A stretch of 64,000 nucleotides of DNA, taken from the NCBI GenBank assembly GCA_951406725.2, contig OX597842.1, forward strand, positions 1,364,001-1,428,000. The letters run 5' to 3'. Under the pieces are notes generated by a model, which was not told the origin of the DNA, did not search any database, and saw nothing but the letters and a program-made list of their open reading frames with translations. Made by a program: the position numbers and the translations under genes. Shown in pieces: positions 12,459 to 25,293 of the stretch. This DNA comes from Octopus vulgaris. Its lineage: Eukaryota. The stretch's first letter is position 1, and each line of letters starts with the position of its first letter.

Positions 12459-13809
12459 GTTCTGTCTTATCTATGATAAGAACACCAATAATAACGACGG
12501 AGATAACTCCAACAAACAGTGATGTTATTGCAGCTTGTTACTAATAATGATGTCAATGGTGATGACGATGATGAAGATGCCAGTGATCTTCACAAAGATA
12601 ACAGTACAAACCTTGTAGTCCACACCAACCAACCGCCCAGCCAACAAACAAGCAAACCAACCAACTAACAGCGAGACCAACCAACCGACCAACAATACCA
12701 AATTCTCAATAAATCTTTGAATCTTTTTCTAGAAATCTAAAACAAGCACTTTTACAAAATGACATCATATTTGTCAAATGGTATTTTGGTAGATATTGGA
12801 ACATTGATAAGGCATTCTTTGGCATTGTGGAGTCATAAATCAGAGAATTCCTCCAAGACCATTTTTTCAGGAATTAAACAGAATTCATTGATTTTGCTTT
12901 TTTCGATTTTTTATTATCCTTGATTTATTCAAACGAGGAAAAGTGTTTGTGAAAAATCATAATTTTTCTGTGAATATTTCTATATAAATTTTGTATATCT
13001 GTAGTGTATACACACACACATAAAATATATATAGTATATAAATATATATAATAGTTGTGTGTATATATATATATCATTATTATATATATATAAAATATAT
13101 ATAGAGAACTTTAGAAAATATATATATATAATATATATATACATACAACTGTATATATAGTTTTAACTACATACATATATATCAATATATACCTACATGT
13201 ATATCAATGCATACACACACACACACACAGACACACATACATTTTTATATATCTATATACAAACACACAAACACACACACATGTATATATGCAATGCATG
13301 TGATATATACACATATATATGTTTATATATTATATATATTTAAATATATATCACCAACATCATCAACAGAATAAAAATTTCTAAAACCTTGGCTGTGGAA
13401 CAGATGAAAATGCATCATACAATTCCTTCTGAACAGCAGAGAATAAAAATTACCTCGATATGCCTGGTATCACAATATCTTTTCATGAGAAACTATCCTC
13501 CACGCTTTCCCATCTTCTACTACATATAGTAATCACTATTTAAAGCAGACACAAACCCATGATAGGCTACACATGCTGTACAATCATCAACAGCATCCTT
13601 TCTACTATGGGCACAAAGCCTGAAATTTCAGGGTTGGGGACTAGTTGATTGCATTGCCTCCAGAGACTGACTGATACTTACTTTATCAACACCAAAAGGA
13701 TGAAATGCAAAGTTGACCCTGATGGAAATTGAACTCAGAATGTAAGGATGGAAAGAAATATTGCTAAGCATTTTACCCGGTGTGCTAATGATTCTGCCAG
13801 CTCGCTACC

Positions 13810-13848
<39 letters not shown>

Positions 13849-14094
13849 TTAATAATAATCCTTTCTATTATAGGCATAAGGCCTGAAATTTGGTACTTAA
13901 TTTATCGACCCTGAACACTGACATCGGCAGAATTTGAACTCAGAATGTAGCAATGGACAGAATACTGCTACATATTTTGCCTGGCACACTAATGATTCTG
14001 TCAGCTCACTACCTTGATGATGATGATGATGACGATGATATTAATAATAATAATAAAAATAATAATAATAAATAATAATAGTAACAATAATAAA

Positions 14095-14840
14095 TACCCT
14101 GATGCAGTACCAGGCAGTAGCTCTCATGGCTTCTGATCTTAACTGATTGGAAGTGTTACCATATACATTGTTTTGTCTTGGTATAAAAAGATGGGCTACA
14201 GCAAATATTCTGCTCAATACCACAGATTTGCTTGTCAGTTGTTTGACCTTAACCAGTTGAGTATGTCCCTTAGTGGCTGACGATATGTGCATCTCTGATC
14301 ATGAGCAGAAGTAGTAGGGGAGCATCATAGCCGTGTGTTGAAAGGAATTCTTAGAGGTTTGGATAATTCACCGGTGGAAACGAGTGGTTCGTTCAACATC
14401 CTTAAACAATCCTTATTCAGGGACCTTTTGAGCAGGATGTGCTACTTGACCAGAAGAAAATTCTAACTGGGCCCCACCTGCAAGGTCATGTGCTGTTTAT
14501 CTTGATATGAGATCACCATGTCGCGCACATATGGTTGTGATGCATGTGCCTGGTGTACCCTTATCAGACGGGTAGTCATGATGGGTATAATAATTCTTTC
14601 TATTATAGGCATAAGGCCTGAAATTTGGTACTTAATTTATCGACCCTGAAAGCTGACATCGGCAGAATTTGAACTCAGAATGTAGCAACGGACAGAATAC
14701 TGCTACATATTTTGCCTGGCACACTAATGATTCTGTCAGCTCACTACCTTGATGATGATGATGATGATTTTGTATATTTTACCCCAGGGCACTTTGATGG
14801 CATGCACTGCTCTCTCACTCTATAATAATAATAATATAAT
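14095..14840 (+). mobile_element. Interspersed repeat with (AAT)n tail, interrupted at ~14590-14768
   Basis: Reverse-complement copy at 56890-57355 (GATGGGCTACAGCAAATATTCTGCTCAATACCACAGATTTGC and others). Confidence 0.75.
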
Positions 14841-15644
14841 AATGATAATCCTTTCAACTAAAGGCCTGTGACCTGAAATTATATTGACCCAGTGCTTGAC
14901 TGGGACTTATTTTATTGACCTCCAAAAAAATGAAAGGCAAAGTCAACCTCGGTAGAATTTCAGCTCAGAAGGACAAAACGAAATATCGATTTCTTTACTG
15001 CCCACAAGGGGCTACACACAGAGGGGAGAAACAAGGACAGACAAACAGATTAAGTGGATTATATTGACCCTAGTGCATAACTGCTATTTAATTTATTGAT
15101 CCTGAAAGGATGAAAAGCAAAGTTGACCTCGGCGGAATTTGAACTCAGAACATAGCGGCAGATGAAATGCCACTAAGTATTTTGCCTGACATGCTGACAA
15201 TTCTGCCAGCTCATCATCTTTGCATCATTAGATAATGATATTCAAATATGAAAGCTAATTTTAAGCAGAATGCAGCTGGTATTAGGAAATTTCAAAGTTA
15301 TTAGCATGGATAATCTTCATCTCTCTTTCTCTCTCCCACCAACTAGTCTCTCTCCTTTTCATCATCATCATCATTTAACGTCCATTGTCCATGCTGGCAT
15401 GGGTTGGACGGTTTGACAAGGGATGATAAGCTGGAAGGCTGCACCAGACTCCAGTCTGATTTGGCATGGCTTTTCTACAGCTGGATGCCCTTCCTAATGC
15501 CAACCACTCTGAGAGTATAATGGGTACTTTTACGTTCCACTGGCACATGTGCCATTTGCGTGACACCAGTATCTGCCATGACTGAGATTTTGCTTGGATT
15601 TTGGGGTCTTCTCAAGCATGACGTAATGCCAAAATTCTCAATCT

Positions 15645-15930
15645 TTACCTCCATGAGGCCCAACATTTGAAAGGAACTCAGCCACTATGCCTCCATGTGG
15701 TCCACCCCTTGAAAGGAACTCAGCAACTTTGCCTCCATGAGGTCCAAGTCTTGAAAGGAACTCAGCCACTTTGCCCCTGTGAGACCCAATGCTCAAAATG
15801 AACTCAGCCACTTTGCCTCCATGAGGTCCAGCTTTTGAAAGGAACTCAGCCATACTGCTTCCATGAGGTCCAGCTCTTGAAAGGAGCTTCATCACTTTGT
15901 CTTCCTGAGGCCCAACACTCAAAAGGTGCT
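15645..15930 (-). repeat. 39-bp minisatellite, about 7 copies
   Basis: TTGAAAGGAACTCAGCCACTTTGCCTCCATGAGGTCCA repeated; produces the GPHGGKVAEFLS repeat ORF. Confidence 0.9.
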
Positions 15931-16403
15931 CTTTACGTGTCACCAGCATGGGCGTCACTTACGTGACACAAGCATCAGACATGACTCCAGTTTCACTTAT
16001 CTTAACAGGTCTTGTCAAGCTAGGCATACTGCCAAAGGTCATTAGTCATTGCCTCTTTTATATTCTTTAATCGCTAGACTGTGGCCATGCTGGGGCACTA
16101 CCTTGAAGGATTTTAGTCAAATATATCGATATCAGTACTTTTTATTTTTTAAGCCTGATACTTATTCTATCAATCTCTTTGACCGAACTGCTAAGTTATG
16201 GAGATATAAACACACAAACAACAGTTCTCAAGCAGTGATGAGGGGACGGACACAAAGAAACACACACACACACACACACACATATTTTTCTAATCTAGGC
16301 ACAAGGCCCGAAATTTTTGGGGAGGGGGCCAGTCAATTGGATCAACCCCAGAATGCAACTGGTACTTAGTTTATCGACCCTGAAAGGATGAAGGGCAAAG
16401 TTG

Positions 16404-16523
16404 ACCTACGGCCATATCACGTTGAAAGCACCGGTTCTCGTCTGATCACCGAAGTTAAGCAACATCGAGCCTAGTTAGTACTTAGATGGGTGACCACTTG
16501 GGAAACCTAGGTGCTGGAAGCAT
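16404..16523 (+). pseudogene. 5S rRNA: Full-length 5S rRNA-derived sequence (pseudogene or SINE head)
   Basis: CCTACGGCCATATCACGTTGAAAGCACCGGTTCTCGTCTGATCACCGAAGTTAAGCAAC..AGTTAGTACTTAGATGGGTGACC..GGGAA..GGTGCTG matches animal 5S over about 120 nt, including the box A and box C regions; several CpG-type substitutions; not in a tandem array. Confidence 0.92.
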
Positions 16524-16770
16524 TCCTCATTTTTAAATGGCGGTGCCCCAGCATGGCCACAGCTCATGAGCTGAAACTGGAAAAAAAAAAAAAATCAAAA
16601 ACTACTAAGCATTATGCCCGGAGTGCTAATGTTTCTGCCAGCTCGCCACCTTATATATATATATATGTATGTATGTAAGTATTTATATATAGATATTCCA
16701 AAATGTAACTACACGTAGACTGTAGGCAATTTTTTTCCTCTTCCTTTTCTTTTGGACTTTCCTATGTCCC

Positions 16771-16806
16771 CTGTTCTGAAGAAGAGCTTTGCTCGAAATA
16801 TAAAAC
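16771..16806 (+). ncRNA. Decayed minimal hammerhead ribozyme motif
   Basis: CTGAAGA-A-GAGC-ttt-GCTC-GAAA-TATA; helix III ACGT decayed to ATAT, helix I imperfect. Related to the motifs at 32783 and 62607. Confidence 0.6.
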
Positions 16807-17758
16807 AACCACTCTTTCTTTCTTTCCTTCTCTGAGCATCTCATTAATACTTTGCATGTACTATGTCCTTGTATTGTTGATTTTTTCTTATTGTCTTTTG
16901 TTTCTCTGATTTAAAAAAAATTATATATACAACAGGCTTCTTTCAGTTTCTGTTTACCAAATCTACTCACAAAGCTTTGGTTGGGCCAAGGCTATTGTTG
17001 AAGACGTGGAGACGCAATGGCCCAGTGGTTATGGCAGCGGACTCATGGTCATAGGATCGTGGTTTCGATTCCCAGACCGGGTGTTGTGAGTGTTTATTGA
17101 GCAAAAACACCTAAAGCTCCACGAGGCTCCGGCAGGGGATGGTGGTGATCCCTGCTGTACTCTTTCACCACAACTTTCTCTCACTCTTACTTCCTGTTTC
17201 TGTTGTACCTGTATTTCAAAGGGCCGGCCTTGTCACTCTCTGTGTCACGCTGAATATCCCCAAGAACTACGTTAAGGGTACACGTGTCTGTGGAGTGCTC
17301 AGCCACTTACACGTTAATTTCACGAGCAGGCTGTTCCGTTGATTCGGTTCAACCGGAACCGTCGTCGTCGTAACCGACAGAGTGCTTCCATCCATTGTTG
17401 AAGACACTTGTCCAACGTGCCATGCAGTGGGACTGAACCTGGAACCATGTAGTTGGGAAGCAAGCTTCTTACTACACAGCCACACCTGTGCATATATATA
17501 TTTAATAAATAAATGCGCCCTTTTAAAGCCTAGCCAGTCTCATGGGCCCGGTTTCTCAGTTTCTATGGCGTATGTGTTCCACAGCTGGACGGGATGCCGG
17601 ACCATCACAGCGTTACTCATTTTTCCCAGCTGAGTGGACTGGAGCAACGTGAAATGAAGTGCTTTGCTCAAGAACAGAACGTGTCACTCGGTCCAGGAAT
17701 CAAAACCACAATCTCACGATCATGGTGCTGACACCCTAACCACTAAACCATGCACCTC

Positions 17759-17806
<48 letters not shown>

Positions 17807-18357
17807 CATGAGTGGTTTCCATATGGTATATGTGTATAGACACATAACATATCTTTATACACACACACATATGTTCAAATGCATACATATACAATACACA
17901 AAGACACATAAGTCTCCACCTATACATATATACACACATCCACACAGAATTTATATAGCGCTAGGTATGTAATATTGTAGCACAAAGTGTTGCTACATGA
18001 TGTATATATTCATATATGAACGAATTTGTGTATGTATAACAATATGTATATACAAATACACATACATCCATATGCATAATAGATATTCATCAATGTACAT
18101 ATATACATACATAATATATATACACATATATATGTATATATATATATATGTATATACATATATATATATATACATACATATGTATATATATATATTTATA
18201 TGTGTGTATAATACATATGAATATTTTTAAAGAAAAATGTTGTTTTATGTCTTCTGGTATCGGTGTCAAAGAATATTGTCTCAGATGGAAATAATGGCCC
18301 TTGGTGCAGAGGCCAGTGCCAGATTGGTAACCTAGCAACAGTCTCAGACTTTTTCGG

Positions 18358-18745
18358 ATTCATCATCATCATCATCATCATCATAATCTACTGTATCATT
18401 GTTGGTCTTATCATCATCAGTATAACCACAATATTTCATCATCACCATCATCATCATAGTAACCATAACCATCATCACTACCATCACCACCACTACCACA
18501 ACTGCTGCCACCACCACTCTTACTGCCATTAATACTATCACCATTACTTTCACCAGTGTCTTGATTGTCATCATCACCATCACCATCATCACCTTCACCA
18601 TCACCACTATCATTATCGGTATCACCATTATCATCATCACCATCTCCACCACCATCATCATCATCATCTGCATCATCTTCACCACTGTAACACCCCCACC
18701 ACCACCATCATCATCATCATCGTTGTCATCATCATCATCATCATT
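18358..18745. repeat. (ATC)/(ACC)-rich trinucleotide tract
   Basis: Directly visible; similar tracts at 19635-20665, 22020-22440, 26010-26520, 27195-27640, 61375-61930. Confidence 0.93.
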
Positions 18746-19428
18746 TAATGTTTGTCCTACATACTGATATGGGTGGAGTGGTTCGATTTGACCCATGGCC
18801 ACATCGGTCTCTGGTGTCTGCTTGGAGCTAACTTGCACATGACAAATAAAACCTGTATGTGGAACAATAAAAATATGCAAGACTTTTTCCAAGTTTAGAA
18901 TATGACATTATTTTTGTTACCTACATTCCAATGAGGGAGCTTTGTACTTTTGCTAGAAAGCGCGTGTGCACCATTGGCGATTTTTTTCCCCTGTCTACCC
19001 TTCCTTGGATCTTTACTTTTCCTATGTTTCTTACGAAGACCTCCGCTCGAAATGTTACATCCTCCTATTTTCCTTCTTTCCTAAACATCCAATAATACTA
19101 TACTTGCTCCACGTCCTCACATTGTGCTTTCTCTTTGTGTTTTCATGTTTGGATTAACTATATATATATATATATAAAATAAATGCGACATTTCAAAGCT
19201 TAACCAGGCTCATGGGCCCAGTTTCCCGGTTTCTATGGCATATGTGTTCCCCAGCTGGATGGGATGCCAGTCCAACGCAGCATTACTCATTTTTGCCAGG
19301 TGAGTGGACTGGAGCAACGTGAAATGAAGTGTTTTGCTCAAGAACACAATGTGTCGCCCGGTCCAGGAATCGAAACCACAATCTTACGATCATGATGCTG
19401 ACACCCTAACCACTAAGCCATGTGCCTC

Positions 19429-19492
<64 letters not shown>

Positions 19493-20168
19493 TATATGTT
19501 TGTCTAGCAAAGGTACAGCTACCATCTTAGTCATTGTGGGGTTGGGTTGTGTGGGTGCAGTGGTGACTGACCAGAGCAAGGTATGGCTAATCAGACCAGT
19601 AACACCAGCAACAAGAAACCATTGCAGCTGTAATTGATGGTGGTGGTGATTATGATGACGCTGATGGTTATGTCATTGATGGTGATGAAAGCATTGATTG
19701 TGATGACAATGGCAACAGCAATAGTGACGATGAGCAGGGGGAAGGTGGTGGAGGTGGTGGTGGGGATAAGCATAATGCTGATGATAATGGTTGTGATGGT
19801 GATGAGGAGGAGGCTGAGGTGGACAATGAAAAAGTAGGCGATGATTTAAGCAATGATAATGAAGATGATGATAATGAAGATGATGATGATGGTGATGATG
19901 ACAGCAATGTTGATGGCGATAGTATTGGCGATGATGACAACAATGGTAATGATGTTTAGTATCATGGTGATGATGATAATGATGTGGATGATCATAGTAA
20001 CAACTAAAGTGATAATGCCGATGGTGGTGATGACAATGATGACGACAAAAAAATTATGACAACAATGATAATGATGGTGATGATGATGATGATGATGGTG
20101 ATTACGACGATGATGATAATGATGACGATGGTGGTGGTGATGATAATGATGACAAAAAATTGACAACA

Positions 20169-20199
<31 letters not shown>

Positions 20200-21062
20200 C
20201 GATGGTGATGATGGTGATGACAATGATGGTGAGGACGATGGTGGTGGTGGTGATGTTGATGATGATGATGATGATGAGTGATGACGACAAAAAATTATGG
20301 CAACAATGATGATGATGATGGGGATGATGATGGTGGTGAAGATGATTGTGATGACGATGATGATGATGATGATGATGGTGATGACGATGATGACGATGGT
20401 GGTGGTGATGATAATGATGACGACAAAAAATTGACAACAATGAAGATGATGGTGATGACGATGATGATGATGATGACGATGGTGATGACAATGATGGTGA
20501 GGACGATGGTGGTGGTGGTGGTGATGTTAATGATGACGAGTGATGACGACAAAAAAATTATGACAACAATGATGGTGATGATGATGATGATGGTGAGGAC
20601 GATGACGGTGATGATGGTGATGTTAATGATGATGACGAGTGATGACGATGACAACAACGATGATGAGGAGGAGAAGAAAGAAAAGGAGGAAATAGGGGAG
20701 TGGAGGGGAGAGGAGGAGGAAGTGGAGGACGTATAGAACAAGGGGGTGGAAGAGAGGAGGCAGAAGAGGAGAAGGAAACGGGGGGAGAGGAGAGGGGTGG
20801 ATGGTGATGATGACAATCATGATGGTGAACACTGTATCAGTTTCCAGTTTTCCTTTACTTACTCATACATCCCACAATGCCTCACTTCCTTCACCCCCAC
20901 CAGCCCACCCATACGCACCCCACCCCACCCTCCTCCGGTTCCACCTCCCCCCTCCCCCGCCCCCTCTTCAATTATTCACCATTCTAGAAAAAGATCTCGC
21001 CCTCACCGAACCCGATGTCCACCAATGTAATTACAGACTCCACTCAATCAGCAATGACCTAT

Positions 21063-21082
21063 TCGGCCACTAGGGGTCAGCA
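21063..21082 (+). promoter_or_regulatory. Candidate CTCF site
   Basis: GGCCACTAGGGGTCAGC versus consensus GCCASYAGRKGGCRS, one mismatch, in a unique non-repeat island. Confidence 0.4.
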
Positions 21083-23221
21083 CTGGTCACATGACCTTCA
21101 GCTGCGGCATTTCGTTGGTCGCTCTCACTCTTACAGCAGCACCGTGTTGTATTGTAGGGTGGCGGAGATGGTGACGGTGGGTGTGTGAGGGTATGTGTGT
21201 GAGGGTGCCATAAGCAATAAGGGTGTGTGTGTGTATATATTATATACTTATATATATGTATATGTATGTATATGTATATGTATATATATATATATATGTA
21301 TATATATGTATATATATATATGCATATATATACATATGTATTATATATATACATATATATAATATATATGTATACATATATATATTTACAATGTATATGT
21401 ATATATATATATATATATATATAAATATACATATATATTGTATATGTACATATATATAATAAATATATAATATACATACATATATATAGCATATATATTA
21501 TATACATACATATATATATATGTGTATACATATATGTATATATATATATATATATACATATATATATAATATACATGCATATATATAATATATATACATA
21601 CATACATATATGCATATACATATATATAATATATATACATATATACATACATATATATATATGCATATACATATATATAATATATATATATATATATAGA
21701 ATATATATACATATACATGTAATTGTATACTAACTCATATATATATATATATATATATACACTCCACTCACATACCTGTGTTCATATGTGTGTGTGTGTG
21801 TGCACATATACATATATACACAGACGGATATATATATATTCACATACACAGTGAAGCCACAAAACACACACACACATATATATATACACACATATATATA
21901 CATATGTATATACACACATATATATATATGTATGTATATATTGTTTTGACACTAGCCCTACCTGGTTCTATTACCTCGTCTCTACACCTGACACACTAGT
22001 AACACCTCTAACAGTAACTCTTCTCCAACTACAACCTTCACAACCGCAACCACTACCGCAACTACTAATACGGCTTCTACTATCACTACTACTACTATTG
22101 CTACTACTTCTACTACCACTGCAATTGATACCACTGCCACTACTACCGCCATCACTAGCACCACAACCGACCTTACAACTACTATTTCTTCCACTACTAC
22201 TACTACTACTACTACTACAACCACCTTTACAACTACTACTACTTATACTACAACCACCACCTTCACAACTACTACTACTTCTGCTACTACTAATACTACT
22301 ACCACCACCTCCACAACAAGTACTACTATAAACACCACAACTACTAATAACTACTACCATCACTGCCACTACTACTACTACTACTAATACTATTACTACT
22401 ATCACCACCACCACCACCACCACCACCACCACCACTACCATCAACTCGACCGTGAATGAAGGAATCGCCTATGTGGTTGTGAACCCCTGCTGAAAAGGAA
22501 GCCGTCAAGTCTCACCCCATATTCTAACTTCTTGGAAAGAAAAATGACTACACATTTGATAGTATACTCCAAGATACACTCTGCCTGAAAAAAAGAAAAA
22601 CTCAAGCAAGGTGGTCATGGTCGGATTTTTCCCAATTGCTGGTCTACAGGACCAGAGATGTCCTGAGGCAATTCAATGACAAAAACCAAGATCTTCACAC
22701 AAATGCTTCATTCTTTGTTTATTCTTTAACTCGCTTCAGTCATTTGACTGTGGCCATGCTGGAGCACCGTCTCAAACAAATTGACCCCAGGAATAAGCCT
22801 TGTACTTATTTTAAAAGTCTTTTATGCCGAACAGTTAGGTTATGGGGATGTAAACACACCAGTAATGGTTATCAAACAATGGCAAGGAGACACACACACA
22901 CACAAACATATATATATATGTATGAAGAGCTTCTTTCAGTTTCCGTCTACCAAATACTCACAAGGGTTTGATCAGCCTGAGTTGCAATGCAATGGGACTG
23001 AACCCAGAACCATGTGGTTGGCAAGCAATCTTCTTTTTTCTTTTTTCTTTATTGCCCACAAGGGGCTAAACATAGAAGGGACAAACAAGGACAGACAAAG
23101 GGATAAAGTCGATTACATTGACCCCAGTGCATAACTTGTATTTAATTTATTGACCCCAAAAGGACGAATGGCAAAGTCGACCTTGGCAGAATTTGAACTC
23201 AGAACATAGCGGCAGATGAAA

Positions 23222-24316
23222 TTGGATAGTTGGGTTCCACATGAACTCAATGAAAATCAGAAACAGGAACGTTTGGAAGCCTGCATTATGCTACTTTCTC
23301 GTCACAAGAATAAATCAATTTTGAATCGAATTGTAACATTTGATAAAAAATGGATCCAGTACAACAACCGTAAATGTTCAGCATAATGGTTGGACAAAGA
23401 CGAGCCACCAAAACACAATCGACAAAGCAAAATTCATCAGAAGAAGCTGATGGTGTGTGTTTGTTGGTCTGGTGCAGGTGTGATCCATTATGATTTCATT
23501 AAACCTGGCTCACAGCCGAAGGATACTACAGCCAACTGGACCAAATAATGCAGAAACTTACAAAAAAAAGCAGCTTAGATTAGTCAACAGATCCACTCCT
23601 GTTTTATTGCAAGACAATGCCAGACCAAACATCGCAAAAATGACATTGGCAAAACTACAGGAGTTGGAGTTGGAAGTTCTCCATTATCCACCATACTCAC
23701 CTGATCTTGCCCCCACTGACTACCACTTCTTCCAGAATTTGGATAACTTTTTGATACGGAAAAGATTTAATTTCGTCGATGCCTTCCAAGATTTTATTGA
23801 CTCTAGATTGCCAGGTTTTTACAGTTCCAGCCTGGACAAGCTACCGCTGAAATGGCAAAAATGTATTGACAATATCAGTGCATACTTTGATGAATAAAAC
23901 TGTTCCTTGTATTTATAAAGCACTAGCAGTATCGCCCGGCGTTGCTCGGGTTTCTAAGGGAAATAACTATATAAGCATTTTTAGAGAGTTACTTCCCTTA
24001 TATAAACCGAGCAAAAAATGCATTAAAAATGTGGAAAAATGATGGTAAATTTTTTTAAAATTGTAGACTCTCTCTCTCTCTCTTTATCATAATTATATTT
24101 TTCATAATTTTATTACCTCTTCACATTTTTTCTACTCTTTGATATGAATGGTGACTATAAGATACCCGCTTTTGGTTAAACTGCACCACAAAATGTGAGA
24201 GTAGTTAGGAATCTAAATCAGAGTAGACAGAGTCTCACACACACAACTTCAATTTTATATATAAAGATTAGCAAACTTTTTTTTCTTTTCTACAAATTTC
24301 ATACTTGATAACCTAA
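23222..24316 (+). mobile_element. 5'-truncated mariner (D,D34D) with transposase pseudogene and right TIR
   Basis: WVPHEL at 23231, IVTFDKKW, LLQDNA..YSPDLAPTDY with 34 residues between the aspartates; in-frame stop and frameshifts; TIR reads TTAGGTTATCAAGTATGAAAT on minus and is followed by TA at 24317. Confidence 0.92.
23923..24267 (-). mobile_element. Non-autonomous Helitron nested in the mariner 3' UTR
   Basis: On minus: A|TC start, subterminal hairpin CCCGAGCAACGCCGGG, CTAG|T end, no TSD. Confidence 0.85.
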
Positions 24317-25255
24317 TATATACATTCAACATAATTTCTCACATATGACAATATATATATATATATAAAGAGAGAGAGAGAGAGAGAGAGAGTTATTAAA
24401 ACAGTATTATCAAGCAGGGCAAAATACTTCTTAAGCTTTCTGTTAATACAAATACACCAGATTAACAAAAGTTCTTCAGACTGATGTAGATCTCCAGGCA
24501 GTCCTAACAGGGGAGCTGAAGTTGGAGTCCTTCACCAGGAGACTTTGTAAATCCTTGGTTGCATTACCAAGTTAACATGGTATGTTATCACAAAGTGGTT
24601 ATACAGTAAAAGGTCTAAATAATAGGCTTTATATGTTTATTTGTGCAACATAAACTTTTTCTGATACGCATTTTAGTTGCATATATAAATCCGTTTACTT
24701 AGTCGGTTGATTGCTTAATAAGAAGAATTAAATGACCTTAACATATACTATAATCCTCAGAGTCCATGTAGTAAGTGTGCTCCGAAACAGCTGTAGTCAA
24801 TGATGCACAAATAAATGAATATGTATATCTCATAAATTATGCTTCTTCTTCTAAATATACATGTACATAGGCACAGGAGTAGCTGTGTGGTAAGTAGCTT
24901 GCTTACCAACCACATGGTTCTGAGTTCAGTCCCACTGCATGGCACCTTAAGCAAGCGTCTTCTACTATAGCCTCAGGTCAAATAACTAACACAAATAACA
25001 AAGAAACAATAGAAAAAGACACACACACACACACGAACATACACTTAAAAAAAAATCTATGAGATTAATTCCAAAATTGATTCAATATAGAAATAACGAA
25101 CTTTTAAAAAAAATTCTGTTGGCTAGCTTTCCTCGATTTCAGCACAACGTATTTCTCTAGTAGGTATATAATAATATGTGGAAATTGACGATTTAAAAGT
25201 CTCTTATCAGCATATTGGCACAGAAATAATTTTCTTTTGCCCTTGTTTATAAGTT

Positions 25256-25293
<38 letters not shown>

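Noticed and set aside
12525-12668. Acidic exon after TTGCAG
   Set aside because: Decayed GAT/CCAA low complexity with no donor site.
13853-14768. Long RTE-style target-site duplication around 14095-14589
   Set aside because: The enclosed element continues after the second copy (14769-14840), so the second copy is an insertion into it.
16404-16523. Functional 5S rRNA gene
   Set aside because: Solitary, embedded in a SINE, carries substitutions, and is followed by a retroposon tail and poly(A).
25100-25220. Hammerhead on minus (CTGATAA..GAAA)
   Set aside because: Could not build helices I and III consistently.
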